In this document: in pieces, positions 43,422 to 52,066 of the stretch | Layout: every line of letters starts with the position of its first letter | How positions within the stretch are numbered: the stretch's first letter is position 1 | NCBI GenBank assembly: GCA_021811605.1 | Contig: JAJZNR010000024.1 | Coordinates: forward strand, 37,751 to 101,750 | Direction of reading: 5' to 3' | Length of the DNA: 64,000 nucleotides | Origin: Candidatus Micrarchaeota archaeon | GTDB lineage: Archaea; Micrarchaeota; Micrarchaeia; Micrarchaeales; Micrarchaeaceae | Notes under the pieces: model-generated | The model's input: the letters and a program-made list of their open reading frames with translations, nothing else | Told to the model about the DNA's origin: nothing | Database searches by the model: none | Position numbers and translations under genes: made by a program

Positions 43422-43586
43422 ATGAAGAGGCTATTACTTACTTCTACCGGGTTCAATAATCCCAACATTGAGGAGAAATGCACCGAGATACTTAGAGGAG
43501 TCAAATCAAACTCACAGAGCACGATAATTACTGTTGGATTCCTGAAAAGAACCTGTTGGACTATAGCATGGCGCACGAAATGCTAA
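43422..43586 (+). pseudogene. possible truncated remnant of a peptidase S51 (dipeptidase E)-like gene
   Basis: 'MKRLLLTSTGFNNPNIEEK' resembles S51 N-termini, but the ORF ends after about 55 aa in AT-rich DNA. This is weak evidence. Confidence 0.2.
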
Positions 43587-43673
43587 GCCAGCTCAAGAAC
43601 ACGTTCAAGTTGCTCTCCTAGCATCCTCACTAATTTTATATCTTGCCATCCATCTCTCACAGAACGTGAGCGC

Positions 43674-44996
43674 ATGCCGATGGATAACAAGCTCTTTGGA
43701 ATAGAGGACATAGTGCTGAAGCAGCTGGTGGGCAAGTTTGTTTCTGTAACTGACGACAACAAGAGACGCGAGATGATATTCAGCGCAGCCAGGGCTGCAA
43801 ACAAGGACCTCAAAACAGAGGAAGTCGAATCGATAATCCAGGACGTCAACGATATCGGCCCGATAGCCCCGTTCATAGAAAGCGAGGATACGGAGGACAT
43901 AATGGTAAACAACACCGGCAATATATTCGTATTCGACACCAAGCTCGGGAACAAGAAGCTCGATGCGCGGTACGATACCTTGGAGAAGCTGCAGAGACTG
44001 GTGGCAAAGCTGAAGCTGTTCGCGACTAACCAGGCTGCGACAGGCAACATAATGGACGTCCACCTCCCGAACGGAAGCAGGTGCAACATAGTTTACAGCC
44101 CTCTCGGAAGCGACATCACGATAAGGAATTTCAAGAAACGGCCTATGAGCGTCATAGACCTGATAAACAATAGGACGATGGACTACAAGATAGCAGCCAG
44201 GCTGTGGCTCTATACCGACGGCTTCAAGATCCGCCCGGCGAACATCATAATAGGAGGCGTGCCAGCTGCGGGAAAGACTACACTGCTCAACGCGATGTTC
44301 TCTTTCTTCCGGCCGGAACAGAGGATAGTGACTATAGAAGAGACCTACGAGCTCGATACCGGCACCCAGGAGAACACGGCAAGGCTGGAGACCAGCACCG
44401 ACCTTACCATGCTCGATTTGGTGAAGAACGCGCTGAGGATGAGACCAGACCTCCTTGTAATCGGGGAGGTGCGCGGATCGGAGGCTAACGACATGATAAG
44501 CGCCATGAACATAGGTAAGATAGGGATGACAACTATACACGGAAGCACCACAAGGGAGATTGTCACGAGGCTGGAGCACTCCCCTATGAATGTGCCGCGT
44601 GATCTGATTCCGGCAATAGATGCGTTGATGATAGTCACGCCAGTGAGGGAGCCGGACGGAATGCACAGGAGGATAACCCAGATTTCCGAGATATCAGGGA
44701 TAGAGACGCAGATTCTCCTTTCGGACATCTACAAATACGATTACAGGACGCACCAGTCCGCGCCAATCATGCCGAGCGTTACTTACAGGGACATACTCTC
44801 AAAGCTGCTAGGGCTTGCACCTACCGACATACTCGCTGAGGAGGTAGTGAGGGCGAGGATATTGGAGCAGCTTAACAAGCTCGGCCTGAGGGATATGAAG
44901 TCGGTAAGCCAGGCAGTAAAGGAGTACTACGATAACCCGGAGCAGCTGCTCAAGAAGATAGGGCTGCAGCAGCTCGCGCCTGCGATTAAGGTCTAG
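43674..44996 (+). CDS. type II/IV secretion-family ATPase (archaeal pilus/archaellum assembly ATPase, PilB/FlaI/TadA-like)
   Basis: Walker A is 'IIGGVPAAGKTTLLNAM', the Asp box 'IVTIEETYEL', Walker B 'RPDLLVIGEVRG' and the His box 'GMTTIHGS'. Confidence 0.88.
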   Translation: MPMDNKLFGIEDIVLKQLVGKFVSVTDDNKRREMIFSAARAANKDLKTEEVESIIQDVNDIGPIAPFIESEDTEDIMVNNTGNIFVFDTKLGNKKLDARYDTLEKLQRLVAKLKLFATNQAATGNIMDVHLPNGSRCNIVYSPLGSDITIRNFKKRPMSVIDLINNRTMDYKIAARLWLYTDGFKIRPANIIIGGVPAAGKTTLLNAMFSFFRPEQRIVTIEETYELDTGTQENTARLETSTDLTMLDLVKNALRMRPDLLVIGEVRGSEANDMISAMNIGKIGMTTIHGSTTREIVTRLEHSPMNVPRDLIPAIDALMIVTPVREPDGMHRRITQISEISGIETQILLSDIYKYDYRTHQSAPIMPSVTYRDILSKLLGLAPTDILAEEVVRARILEQLNKLGLRDMKSVSQAVKEYYDNPEQLLKKIGLQQLAPAIKV

Positions 44997-45247
44997 GCGC
45001 GGATCCTGCGTGTCCATTAACGTTTCCTTCTTGGTGGGTGCAATGGGCCTTAGAAAATGTTTTGTATTTTTAATCATAATCAGTTTTGCGAGTTTATGAA
45101 AAAGTTTATGCCTTATTTGTTCTTGAATGGAGACATGATGTTCAAAGGCGCGTCAGCAGGTATAACTTTGCATGCAGTATAAACGCAACGTAGATATTGT
45201 ATGTAAAATAAAACGAACGGGACCGCAAAAGCCGCAGGGACTCCTCG

Positions 45248-45715
45248 TCAGAAGGTCTTCAATTCAAAACCAGTGAGCGCCTGATTTCCATCAAATCTGA
45301 ACGTACCTTCAACCCTCTTACCGTCCAGCACCTTCGGCAGCCAGTGCACATCATCAGACCACATCTTGTCGAACGGTATCTCGTTGACCTTGAACCACCT
45401 TGGCGCCATCTCCTCGGTTTCTACAGGTTCCCCCTCCCATTTATCAACCAAATAGACGGTTACTTCCTGATCCCAATCCGGCTTGCCTGCGAAGAGGAAA
45501 GTTAGTGTTGCGGCATGCCGCATAGACACCGGAGTTACCCCGATCTCCTCCTCTGTCTCCCTTACCGCTGTCTGCTCTATGTCCTCTCCAGGCTCCGGCT
45601 TCCCTCCGCAGCCGTTCCATCTTCCGGCTCCGAAGCCGCGCTTCTTCATCGCTAGGAGTATTTTTCCTGGTTTTATCAGTATGCAAAGTGTGGCCTTTCT
45701 CAAGTCAGTCGTCAT
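45248..45715 (-). CDS. MTH1/NUDT1-like Nudix hydrolase (oxidised purine nucleoside triphosphatase)
   Basis: '[40 protein letters not shown]' and '[43 protein letters not shown]'. From my recollection, these are closely collinear with human NUDT1 '[20 protein letters not shown]..' and '..[43 protein letters not shown]'. Confidence 0.85.
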   Translation of the reverse strand: [155 protein letters not shown]

Positions 45716-46833
45716 GGAAGCCAGTCCTTGTTCTTTATCTTCTCCCTTATGTAGTCCCCCACGAAGGTCAGCCTAGGTCCCTGCAGCGTGTCCTGCTCCA
45801 GCTTCACCTTCAGTTTCAGCACCTTCTTCAGCTCCTCCACCCATTCTCCGTGCTGGTTTATCCACTCGTATCCCAGCATCTCCTGCGCCCTCTTAAGGTC
45901 AACTTCCGTCGCCTTGAGCGTCATCTTCTTCAAGAACTGGTACTTCTCCAGATCCGATAGCGTCACACCAAGGAACTTCGCCTCTGGCGTAGCTATGTCC
46001 GCTCCCACGTACGCCAGGTTCATGCTGCCTGTCTTTATAGTCCAGTATATGTACCATCCCCATACGTCCGCATCGTTGAAGACGTAAACCGGTAGTCCCT
46101 TGTCCGCGAGCTTCCTGATTATCCGCCTCACGCCCCTAGCAGCCTGCCCCTGCGGCGAGATAAGTATGCAATTCTCCTTTTTCCAGAACCCATCTTCGTT
46201 GAGCCTCTGCCAGACAGCATCCTTCTCCACTACGAGGACGTACTTTGCCTTTACATCCACGAACTCTATGTCGTTGTCCACGTCGCTCGGCACAGCCCAT
46301 CCACTCCTTCCTGTCTTGCTCAGGTCGGTCTCTGTCCTCTCTCCGCCATAATCGTCAATCACTTTCATGTTGCCTACCAGCACCCCTCTCCTGTTGGCGT
46401 TGAGGTTTAGGTCCTCCCTCTTCACACCGAGAGACGCCTCAAGGTCCTCTATCAGCGGGTTTGATTCGCTCTGCTCAGAGAATATGTTCTCGTCTACATC
46501 CTCCCCCAGCGAAAACTTCAGCTGGTAGAACAATCCCCTTATCGAAGTGTGCAGGTTCTCTGCCAGGAACTTGTGGCACTTCGTGGCTATCGCCACTGTC
46601 TGCATGAACCGCTTCGTCTGCCCTATATTCATGAAGTTGCGCTCCTCAGTCGCCCTACCGAGCGTTAGGTAGCCCAGTTTCTTCTCGTAGACTATGTTGG
46701 ACTTTGTCCTCGATAACGTCTTGAACGTCGGCGCCTTCTGCCTGTGCACCTCCTGTGCCAGATTCTCCCCGAAATCCTCGAGCATCTTCTTTACGTCCTT
46801 CCCATCGCTGTTCTTCTTCCCGTCCTTCGCCAT
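45712..46833 (-). CDS. top6A: DNA topoisomerase VI subunit A (Spo11 family)
   Basis: The catalytic Tyr region is 'SIRGLFYQLK'. Toprim blocks are 'YVLVVEKDAVW', 'ILISPQGQAARGVRR' and 'VYVFNDADVWGWYIY'. I chose ATG 46831-46833 because a TATA-like box lies inside the longer ORF. Confidence 0.9.
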   Translation of the reverse strand: MAKDGKKNSDGKDVKKMLEDFGENLAQEVHRQKAPTFKTLSRTKSNIVYEKKLGYLTLGRATEERNFMNIGQTKRFMQTVAIATKCHKFLAENLHTSIRGLFYQLKFSLGEDVDENIFSEQSESNPLIEDLEASLGVKREDLNLNANRRGVLVGNMKVIDDYGGERTETDLSKTGRSGWAVPSDVDNDIEFVDVKAKYVLVVEKDAVWQRLNEDGFWKKENCILISPQGQAARGVRRIIRKLADKGLPVYVFNDADVWGWYIYWTIKTGSMNLAYVGADIATPEAKFLGVTLSDLEKYQFLKKMTLKATEVDLKRAQEMLGYEWINQHGEWVEELKKVLKLKVKLEQDTLQGPRLTFVGDYIREKIKNKDWLP

Positions 46834-46870
46834 GATTATCTCCGGTCGCTGTATTGATACTGCTATGATG

Positions 46871-46878
46871 TTTTTAAG
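46871..46878 (-). promoter_or_regulatory. TATA-box-like element upstream of top6A
   Basis: The minus strand reads CCTTAAAAAC, about 38 nt upstream of the ATG at 46833. Confidence 0.35.
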
Positions 46879-46935
46879 GTTTGTGTGGTTTTGAGGGTAG
46901 GAAACCATTTATACCCTCAACGCGCTTGTTGAAAC

Positions 46936-47786
46936 ATGAATGAGCTACTGGGCTTTCTTTTCGGCATCGTTTCCATGCTGGGCTTCGGCATACAGGACGC
47001 GTTCATGATAAAGGCAGCCCGCACATTCGGCGGTTTTCGGACCTCATTCTATATCATACTGGTCGTGACGCTTATCATGGTACCTCTCGGCTTCTTCCTG
47101 TTCAGCTTCTCTGGCATCACCCTGGCCATATTGCTGGGCCTCCTTGCCGTCGCCGTCCTGAGCGCTACCGCCCTCTTCGCTTTCAATAAAGGCTTCCACG
47201 TGGGAAATCCCTCGATAGTTGCCACAGTCGCGTCAGCGTCCGGGGCAGTTACTGCCATCCTTAGCTTAATCTTCTTCAATCAGCAGCTTACCGCCATTCA
47301 GATAACCGCCGTGGCGCTGATAGTGCTTGGCACGATACTGGTATCATTCAAATCCGGAAAGCTTCATCTTGCCAAAGGCCACCTGGGCGTAGGTTATGCG
47401 ATAATAGCGATGGTCGGCTGGGGCGGTTTCTTCTTCATAATCTCATGGGCGGTGCAAAGCGTGGGATGGTTCACCGCCGGATTGTTGGTAGAGGCTATGA
47501 CTGTAGTGGTGTATCTGATATACAGCACCGTGACCAAGACGCAGGTCTTCATCGAATCCAAGCACTACCCTTATCTTGTTATGCTGGGTGTGCTCAACAT
47601 GATTGCGTTCCTGAGCTACAATCTTGGCGTCACTTATGGTTACACATTTGTAGTGGCTCCGGTAAGCGCCGCCGCCCCGGTAATAGTGATACTCTTCTCG
47701 CTTCTGGTACTGAAGGAAGGCTTTCCGGCAACCAGAAGCTTGGCGTGCTGCTCGCGCTGGTCGGTTTGATAGTCATCGCGCTTTAG
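46936..47786 (+). pseudogene. EamA/DMT-family transporter with an apparent 1-nt deletion near the 3' end (47716-47721)
   Basis: About ten hydrophobic segments. Frame 1 ends '..LLVLKEGFPATRSLACCSRWSV*' at 47769. Frame 3 continues with the typical EamA ending '(R)LSGNQKLGVLLALVGLIVIAL*' to 47786. Confidence 0.75.
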
Positions 47787-47792
47787 AACCTG

Positions 47793-49907
47793 TCACTTAT
47801 GCTCATACTTCTTCAGCTCCCTTATTATCTGATCCCTTCTCGCGGACGGTTTAATCGCCACCTTTATCACGTCAGCAAGGGTCTTGACCGGCACTATCTT
47901 CACCTTCTTCATCAGGTTCTTGCTTATCGAGATATCTTCGGCGTTCCTGGAGGGTATGATTATCGTTTTTATTCCCGTTTCTATGGCAGCCTCCACCTTG
48001 CTCGTCACCCCGCCCACTGGGAGTACTTCTCCCCTTACGGAGAGCGATCCTGTCATGGCTATGCTCTGGTCTACTGGCAGGCTTTCCATTGCCGAGATGA
48101 TGCTTATCGCTACCGATATCGATGCGCTGTCTCCCTCAACGCCCTCGTACGACTGCAGGAACTGGACGTGCATGTCGAAGTTCGCCACATCCTTGCCCAT
48201 GTGCTTCTTTATTATCGCGCTGACGTTCTTTACCGCCTCGGTTGCAATCTTTCCGAGCTTTCCAGTAGGGATGAACTTTCCTTCCGCACGCGACGACGCT
48301 GGCGTCACCTCCGCCACAATCGGCATCACTATCCCTGGGGACACCGAGGTGCCTCCTACCACCGCCAGGCCGTTCACCTTTCCGACAGCGAAGCCGTGCG
48401 TTGTGAACACCCTGTAATCCTTCCTGTACTCGACCGCTTGCGAGACCGCCTGCGTCTCTATGGAGCTTGCCAAGTCCCGAGCCGCTATCACATCGCCTAC
48501 TGTTACCAGGTGGTGCCCCTTGTCAACCGCTATGTCTCCAGCTGCGCGGACCAGTCCGCCCAGATCCCTCAAAATAAGCGTAAGCCTTCCCTTCCTTCCA
48601 GCCCTCCTTCGCGCCTCCTCTACTATCTCTTCGACCGCCGCCCTATCGAAGTGCGGTATCTTCCCGTCCTTCTTCACTTCCTGCGCCACGAACTGCACTA
48701 TCTTGTCCCTGTTCGCCTGGTTGTCCGTTATCGTGTCGTCCATGTAGACTTCGTAGCCGTAACCCCTGATTCTCGACCTCAGCGCTGGGTGCATATTCTG
48801 GAGGTCCTGGAAATTTCCAGCTGCTGCAAGGATGAAGTCGCACGGCACCGGCTCGGTCTTAACGAGAGCGCCGGAACTCATCTCGCTTTGCCCTGTGATT
48901 GGGAACTTCTTCTCCTGCATCGCAGTGAGAAGGTCTTGCTGTGCGCGCGGCTCCAGCCTAGACACCTCGTCTACGAACAACACCCCCTTGTTCGCCTTCT
49001 GCACCGCCCCGCTCTCTACACGGAGGTGCGCAGGAGTGCCGAGCCCGCCACTCTGCAAGGGGTCGTGCCTCACATCACCGAAAAGTGCGCCAGCCCTCGA
49101 ACCAGTACCGTCAACGAACGGCGCATGCGTCATTCCGGTGTTGTCCACTATCAGCTTCGGCTCATTGAAATCACCCATTCCCGGAAGCACGCCGACGCGC
49201 CGCGTCAGTCCTGTAGTGAACAGCGCGACGCTGCCGAATACCATTATTCCGAGCATCAGAGCGGCGAGGAATATTATGTTGTATCCTGTTATGTAGCCGC
49301 TGAACGCAAGCCCTATGAGTATTATCGTAATAAGGACGATTATCGGAGTTATCATTGACCCGCCCCTGTTGAGCGTCATCCTGTTCTTCATCCTCTCCTT
49401 CTGGAGAATCAGCCTCCCCTGCCCGTCCCCTAGCTTTTCACCTGGAGCCGGCGCGTGCGGATACGTCTTCACAGACTTTACGAGCGGCATATTTTCGTCG
49501 TTCATGTTCTTGTACACGAGAACGTCTTCCAGGTCGGTAACAGGGAGCATCTCCGCCATGGCCTGTGCGAGCATGGTCTTTCCAGTACCCGGGGTGCCTA
49601 TAAGCAGAATATGGCGGTGCTGCTTCGCTGCCTTTCTTATTATCGCCACCGCTTTCTCCTGCCCCACCACCTGGTCTATGAGCCTGTCAGGAATCTGCAC
49701 CTCCGAGGTGCTCCTCCAGTTCCTTGGAACCTTCGCATGCTTCACCCCGGAATAGTGCTCCACCTTCTCTTCAGCCAGCTCCGAGACTATGTTCTCGTCC
49801 GGCAGGTCTTTTCCGTCCTTCAGCGACTCCTCTATCTCCTGCGCTATCCGGTCCTTCTTCTTGGTCGGTTTGCCTTCCTTTACCTTTTTCTTACTGGCTT
49901 TTGCCAT
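47793..49907 (-). CDS. lonB: archaeal membrane-bound Lon protease (LonB)
   Basis: AAA+ Walker A is '[18 protein letters not shown]'. Two TM helices are inserted in the ATPase domain ('[40 protein letters not shown]'). Walker B is 'VLFVDEV'. The protease Ser is in '[16 protein letters not shown]' and the Lys in '[10 protein letters not shown]'. Confidence 0.93.
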   Translation of the reverse strand: MAKASKKKVKEGKPTKKKDRIAQEIEESLKDGKDLPDENIVSELAEEKVEHYSGVKHAKVPRNWRSTSEVQIPDRLIDQVVGQEKAVAIIRKAAKQHRHILLIGTPGTGKTMLAQAMAEMLPVTDLEDVLVYKNMNDENMPLVKSVKTYPHAPAPGEKLGDGQGRLILQKERMKNRMTLNRGGSMITPIIVLITIILIGLAFSGYITGYNIIFLAALMLGIMVFGSVALFTTGLTRRVGVLPGMGDFNEPKLIVDNTGMTHAPFVDGTGSRAGALFGDVRHDPLQSGGLGTPAHLRVESGAVQKANKGVLFVDEVSRLEPRAQQDLLTAMQEKKFPITGQSEMSSGALVKTEPVPCDFILAAAGNFQDLQNMHPALRSRIRGYGYEVYMDDTITDNQANRDKIVQFVAQEVKKDGKIPHFDRAAVEEIVEEARRRAGRKGRLTLILRDLGGLVRAAGDIAVDKGHHLVTVGDVIAARDLASSIETQAVSQAVEYRKDYRVFTTHGFAVGKVNGLAVVGGTSVSPGIVMPIVAEVTPASSRAEGKFIPTGKLGKIATEAVKNVSAIIKKHMGKDVANFDMHVQFLQSYEGVEGDSASISVAISIISAMESLPVDQSIAMTGSLSVRGEVLPVGGVTSKVEAAIETGIKTIIIPSRNAEDISISKNLMKKVKIVPVKTLADVIKVAIKPSARRDQIIRELKKYEHK

Positions 49908-50041
49908 CGATTACCACGTCTACCTCTACTGCAGATAAGGATGTGCTGCCAGTATTTAAAAGGTTATTGTGGCTTCTGTTAGGCGTTACGCCTCCTCAAA
50001 TGCAATGCCATCCGTCTTGCCTGAAGATTCTTGTTCTATCT

Positions 50042-50704
50042 TCATTCCACATGTGCGCCTCCATACCGGTTCCACAGCGCTGCGTAATCATCTACAGAGT
50101 AATGGCCCAATAGCTGCTTCCCGCTGCCGCTGTCAGGCACGTCTATTCCGAGCAGTTCTGCCGCCAGTTTCACGGCAGAAACCGCTCTCCTTTCCGACAT
50201 CTCTATGTAATCGCGGTATGTTGTAAATGTAGAGATCTGGAGCAGCACTCCTGTGCCCTGTGCATCTCTAAGCAGCTCCACCGCTTTGTCCGCTATCATT
50301 TTGTCCCGTGAATGGTCTCCTTCATGCATATATGCTCTTGTAATCTGCGGTACAAAATATTCCGAAATCCCTATAGCTTCCGCAATCTCTATGCATTTTT
50401 GGTCAAGAGCGATTTGCCTCACTTTGAATTCCTTGTGCGTCTGGAATACGCTGAAGGCGTGTTCAGCATATCTCGCGAGCCTGAACACCGCAGCCGCAGT
50501 GAGCATCGTGTTCCCTCCCTCGTGACTTCTGCTCTCCAGAGCGGCATATATCTTGTTTGCTGTCGCCATGACCCTGTCCACATCCCATTTAGCTATCATC
50601 ACCTGCGCTCTCTCTTTCACGAGATCCATTACGTGCTCCCCGTATTGAATCTTCGGCGTCTCATGCTTTCCTTTTCCATCCTTGGTGTTGACACTTGCCA
50701 TCAT
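50042..50704 (-). CDS. hypothetical helical protein, tandem paralog B (possible cyclin/TFIIB-core-like repeats, no zinc ribbon)
   Basis: Shares these blocks with the upstream gene: 'AAAVFRLARYAE', 'KCIEIAEA', 'YFVPQITR', 'KAVELL', 'AVKLAAELLG'. The pattern is loosely reminiscent of the two cyclin folds of TFB. Confidence 0.5.
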   Translation of the reverse strand: MMASVNTKDGKGKHETPKIQYGEHVMDLVKERAQVMIAKWDVDRVMATANKIYAALESRSHEGGNTMLTAAAVFRLARYAEHAFSVFQTHKEFKVRQIALDQKCIEIAEAIGISEYFVPQITRAYMHEGDHSRDKMIADKAVELLRDAQGTGVLLQISTFTTYRDYIEMSERRAVSAVKLAAELLGIDVPDSGSGKQLLGHYSVDDYAALWNRYGGAHVE

Positions 50705-50708
50705 CTAA

Positions 50709-51410
50709 TCACCTAACGGTAACAGCATCATGTCCCCTTTCAGGGGTTTCATCGCCTGCTCCTTTTTCCGGAATGCTGGCAGTGTTCTTCATGGCGATGT
50801 AGTCATCCTCGGAATAGTATATCACAGTCGCCTTCCCCTCCGCGCCAAGTATCTCCGCCGCCAGTTTCACGGCTGCAGCTGCCCTGAAGTTCAGGTTCTT
50901 CGAGTAATCCTCGAAAAGGCACTGTCTGTTCAGTCTCTTGAGAAGTGCGTAGCGCTGCGCCAGCAGCTCCACCGCCTTTCTAGCCACAGTTTCATCGAAC
51001 CCGTGCGTGCGCGCCACGCGCGGCACGAAGTATTGCGCCGCTTCCGCCACCACGGCTATCCTAATGCATTCGTGATCGAGCTCGCCAGGCTCGGGCCCGG
51101 GTTTCACAACGAACGCCTTGTGGGTCTCGGCTGCCTCCGATGCGCCTTCCGCATATCTCGCGAGCCTTAACACCGCAGCCGCGGCAAGGCTAAAATCTGC
51201 CGGAATGTATCCGTTATCTACTGCGCCGCCGTATACCTTCCAGGCTGTGTCCATAAGCCTGCTGAAATCCTTCCCCATTACAGTGTCCCTCGCCCTGTCG
51301 CGCACCGTGTTGATAACACCGTCATTGCGGCGCATCTCCGAAAGTGTCGGCGTGCTTCCGCCAACCCTCTCCCAACTACTGTGCACGCTCTCTTTAGGCA
51401 CGCTCACCAT
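50709..51410 (-). CDS. hypothetical helical protein, tandem paralog A (possible cyclin/TFIIB-core-like repeats, no zinc ribbon)
   Basis: Carries 'AAAVLRLARYAE', 'ECIRIAVVAEAAQYFVPRVAR', 'KAVELLAQ' and 'AAAAVKLAAEILG'. A 4-nt gap separates it from paralog B on the same strand. Confidence 0.5.
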   Translation of the reverse strand: MVSVPKESVHSSWERVGGSTPTLSEMRRNDGVINTVRDRARDTVMGKDFSRLMDTAWKVYGGAVDNGYIPADFSLAAAAVLRLARYAEGASEAAETHKAFVVKPGPEPGELDHECIRIAVVAEAAQYFVPRVARTHGFDETVARKAVELLAQRYALLKRLNRQCLFEDYSKNLNFRAAAAVKLAAEILGAEGKATVIYYSEDDYIAMKNTASIPEKGAGDETPERGHDAVTVR

Positions 51411-51517
51411 GTTTCCACCACTTCCCGACGTCCGCCATAACCTCTCTTATCAAATATATATTCGTTTCCGCTTACCCTGCGGTGCGGGGAAGCAGGGAAA
51501 GGTTTTAATATTATCAA

Positions 51518-51751
51518 GTGCGTATTATTATCACTATTCATTCAGGTGTCAGCATAAAGGTCAGAGACATACGCGCACTTCCGGACAATGCACTGCACGG
51601 CAAGCTCCAGGAACTCAACCTTGAGTTGGGGATAGAGAGGAGAAAGATAGCCTCTACTGGAGTGGCGAGCAAGGTAGTGAAAACCCGCGAGATAAAGCGC
51701 ACGATTGCCAGGATCAAGACGATTCTCAAGGAGAGAGGTGCGAAGAAGTAA
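51518..51751 (+). CDS. rpl29: 50S ribosomal protein L29 (uL29); start codon uncertain
   Basis: 'IRALPDNALHGKLQELNLELGIERRKIASTGVASKVVKTREIKRTIARIKTILKE' matches the uL29 helix-turn-helix pattern. The only in-frame start upstream is GTG 51518. Confidence 0.8.
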   Translation: MRIIITIHSGVSIKVRDIRALPDNALHGKLQELNLELGIERRKIASTGVASKVVKTREIKRTIARIKTILKERGAKK

Positions 51752-52059
51752 TGGCTGATATGTGCCCCAAGTGCGGACTGCCTCTTGAACTTTGCGTATG
51801 CAAGGTGCTAGACCGCGAGACCGAGACAAAGATAAAAGTCTTCGCCAAGAAGGCAAAGTTCGACAAGATCGTCACGGTTGTAGAGGGCATAGGCCCCGAC
51901 GAGATTGCGCGCACCACAAAGGAACTGAAGCAGGCGCTAGCCTGCGGCGGAACCGAGCGGGACGGCATCATAGAGCTGCAGGGCGCGCACAAACAGGCGG
52001 TGAAGAAGGTCCTGGCGAGGCTCGGCTACAAGGAGAGCAACATCGACGTCGCCCTCTGA
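51751..52059 (+). CDS. translation initiation factor aIF1 / SUI1
   Basis: Zinc knuckle 'CPKCGLPLELCVC' followed by 'KIKVFAKKAKFDKIVTVVEGI ... LKQALACGGT ... IELQGAHKQAVKKVLARLGY'. It overlaps the L29 stop by 1 nt. Confidence 0.9.
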   Translation: MADMCPKCGLPLELCVCKVLDRETETKIKVFAKKAKFDKIVTVVEGIGPDEIARTTKELKQALACGGTERDGIIELQGAHKQAVKKVLARLGYKESNIDVAL

Positions 52060-52066
52060 CTAATTT

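Noticed and set aside
45096-45182. 28-codon ORF 'MKKFMPYLFLNGDMMFKGASAGITLHAV', reminiscent of the start of PhnB/VOC-family proteins
   Set aside because: It is too short and the similarity rests on about 12 residues. I mention it only as possible debris within the accessory island, not as a gene.
47799-49358. 519-aa plus-strand ORF across lonB
   Set aside because: It is antisense to LonB, whose AAA+ and protease motifs are intact. The translation is Arg/Leu/His/Tyr-rich, which I read as a codon-bias artefact.
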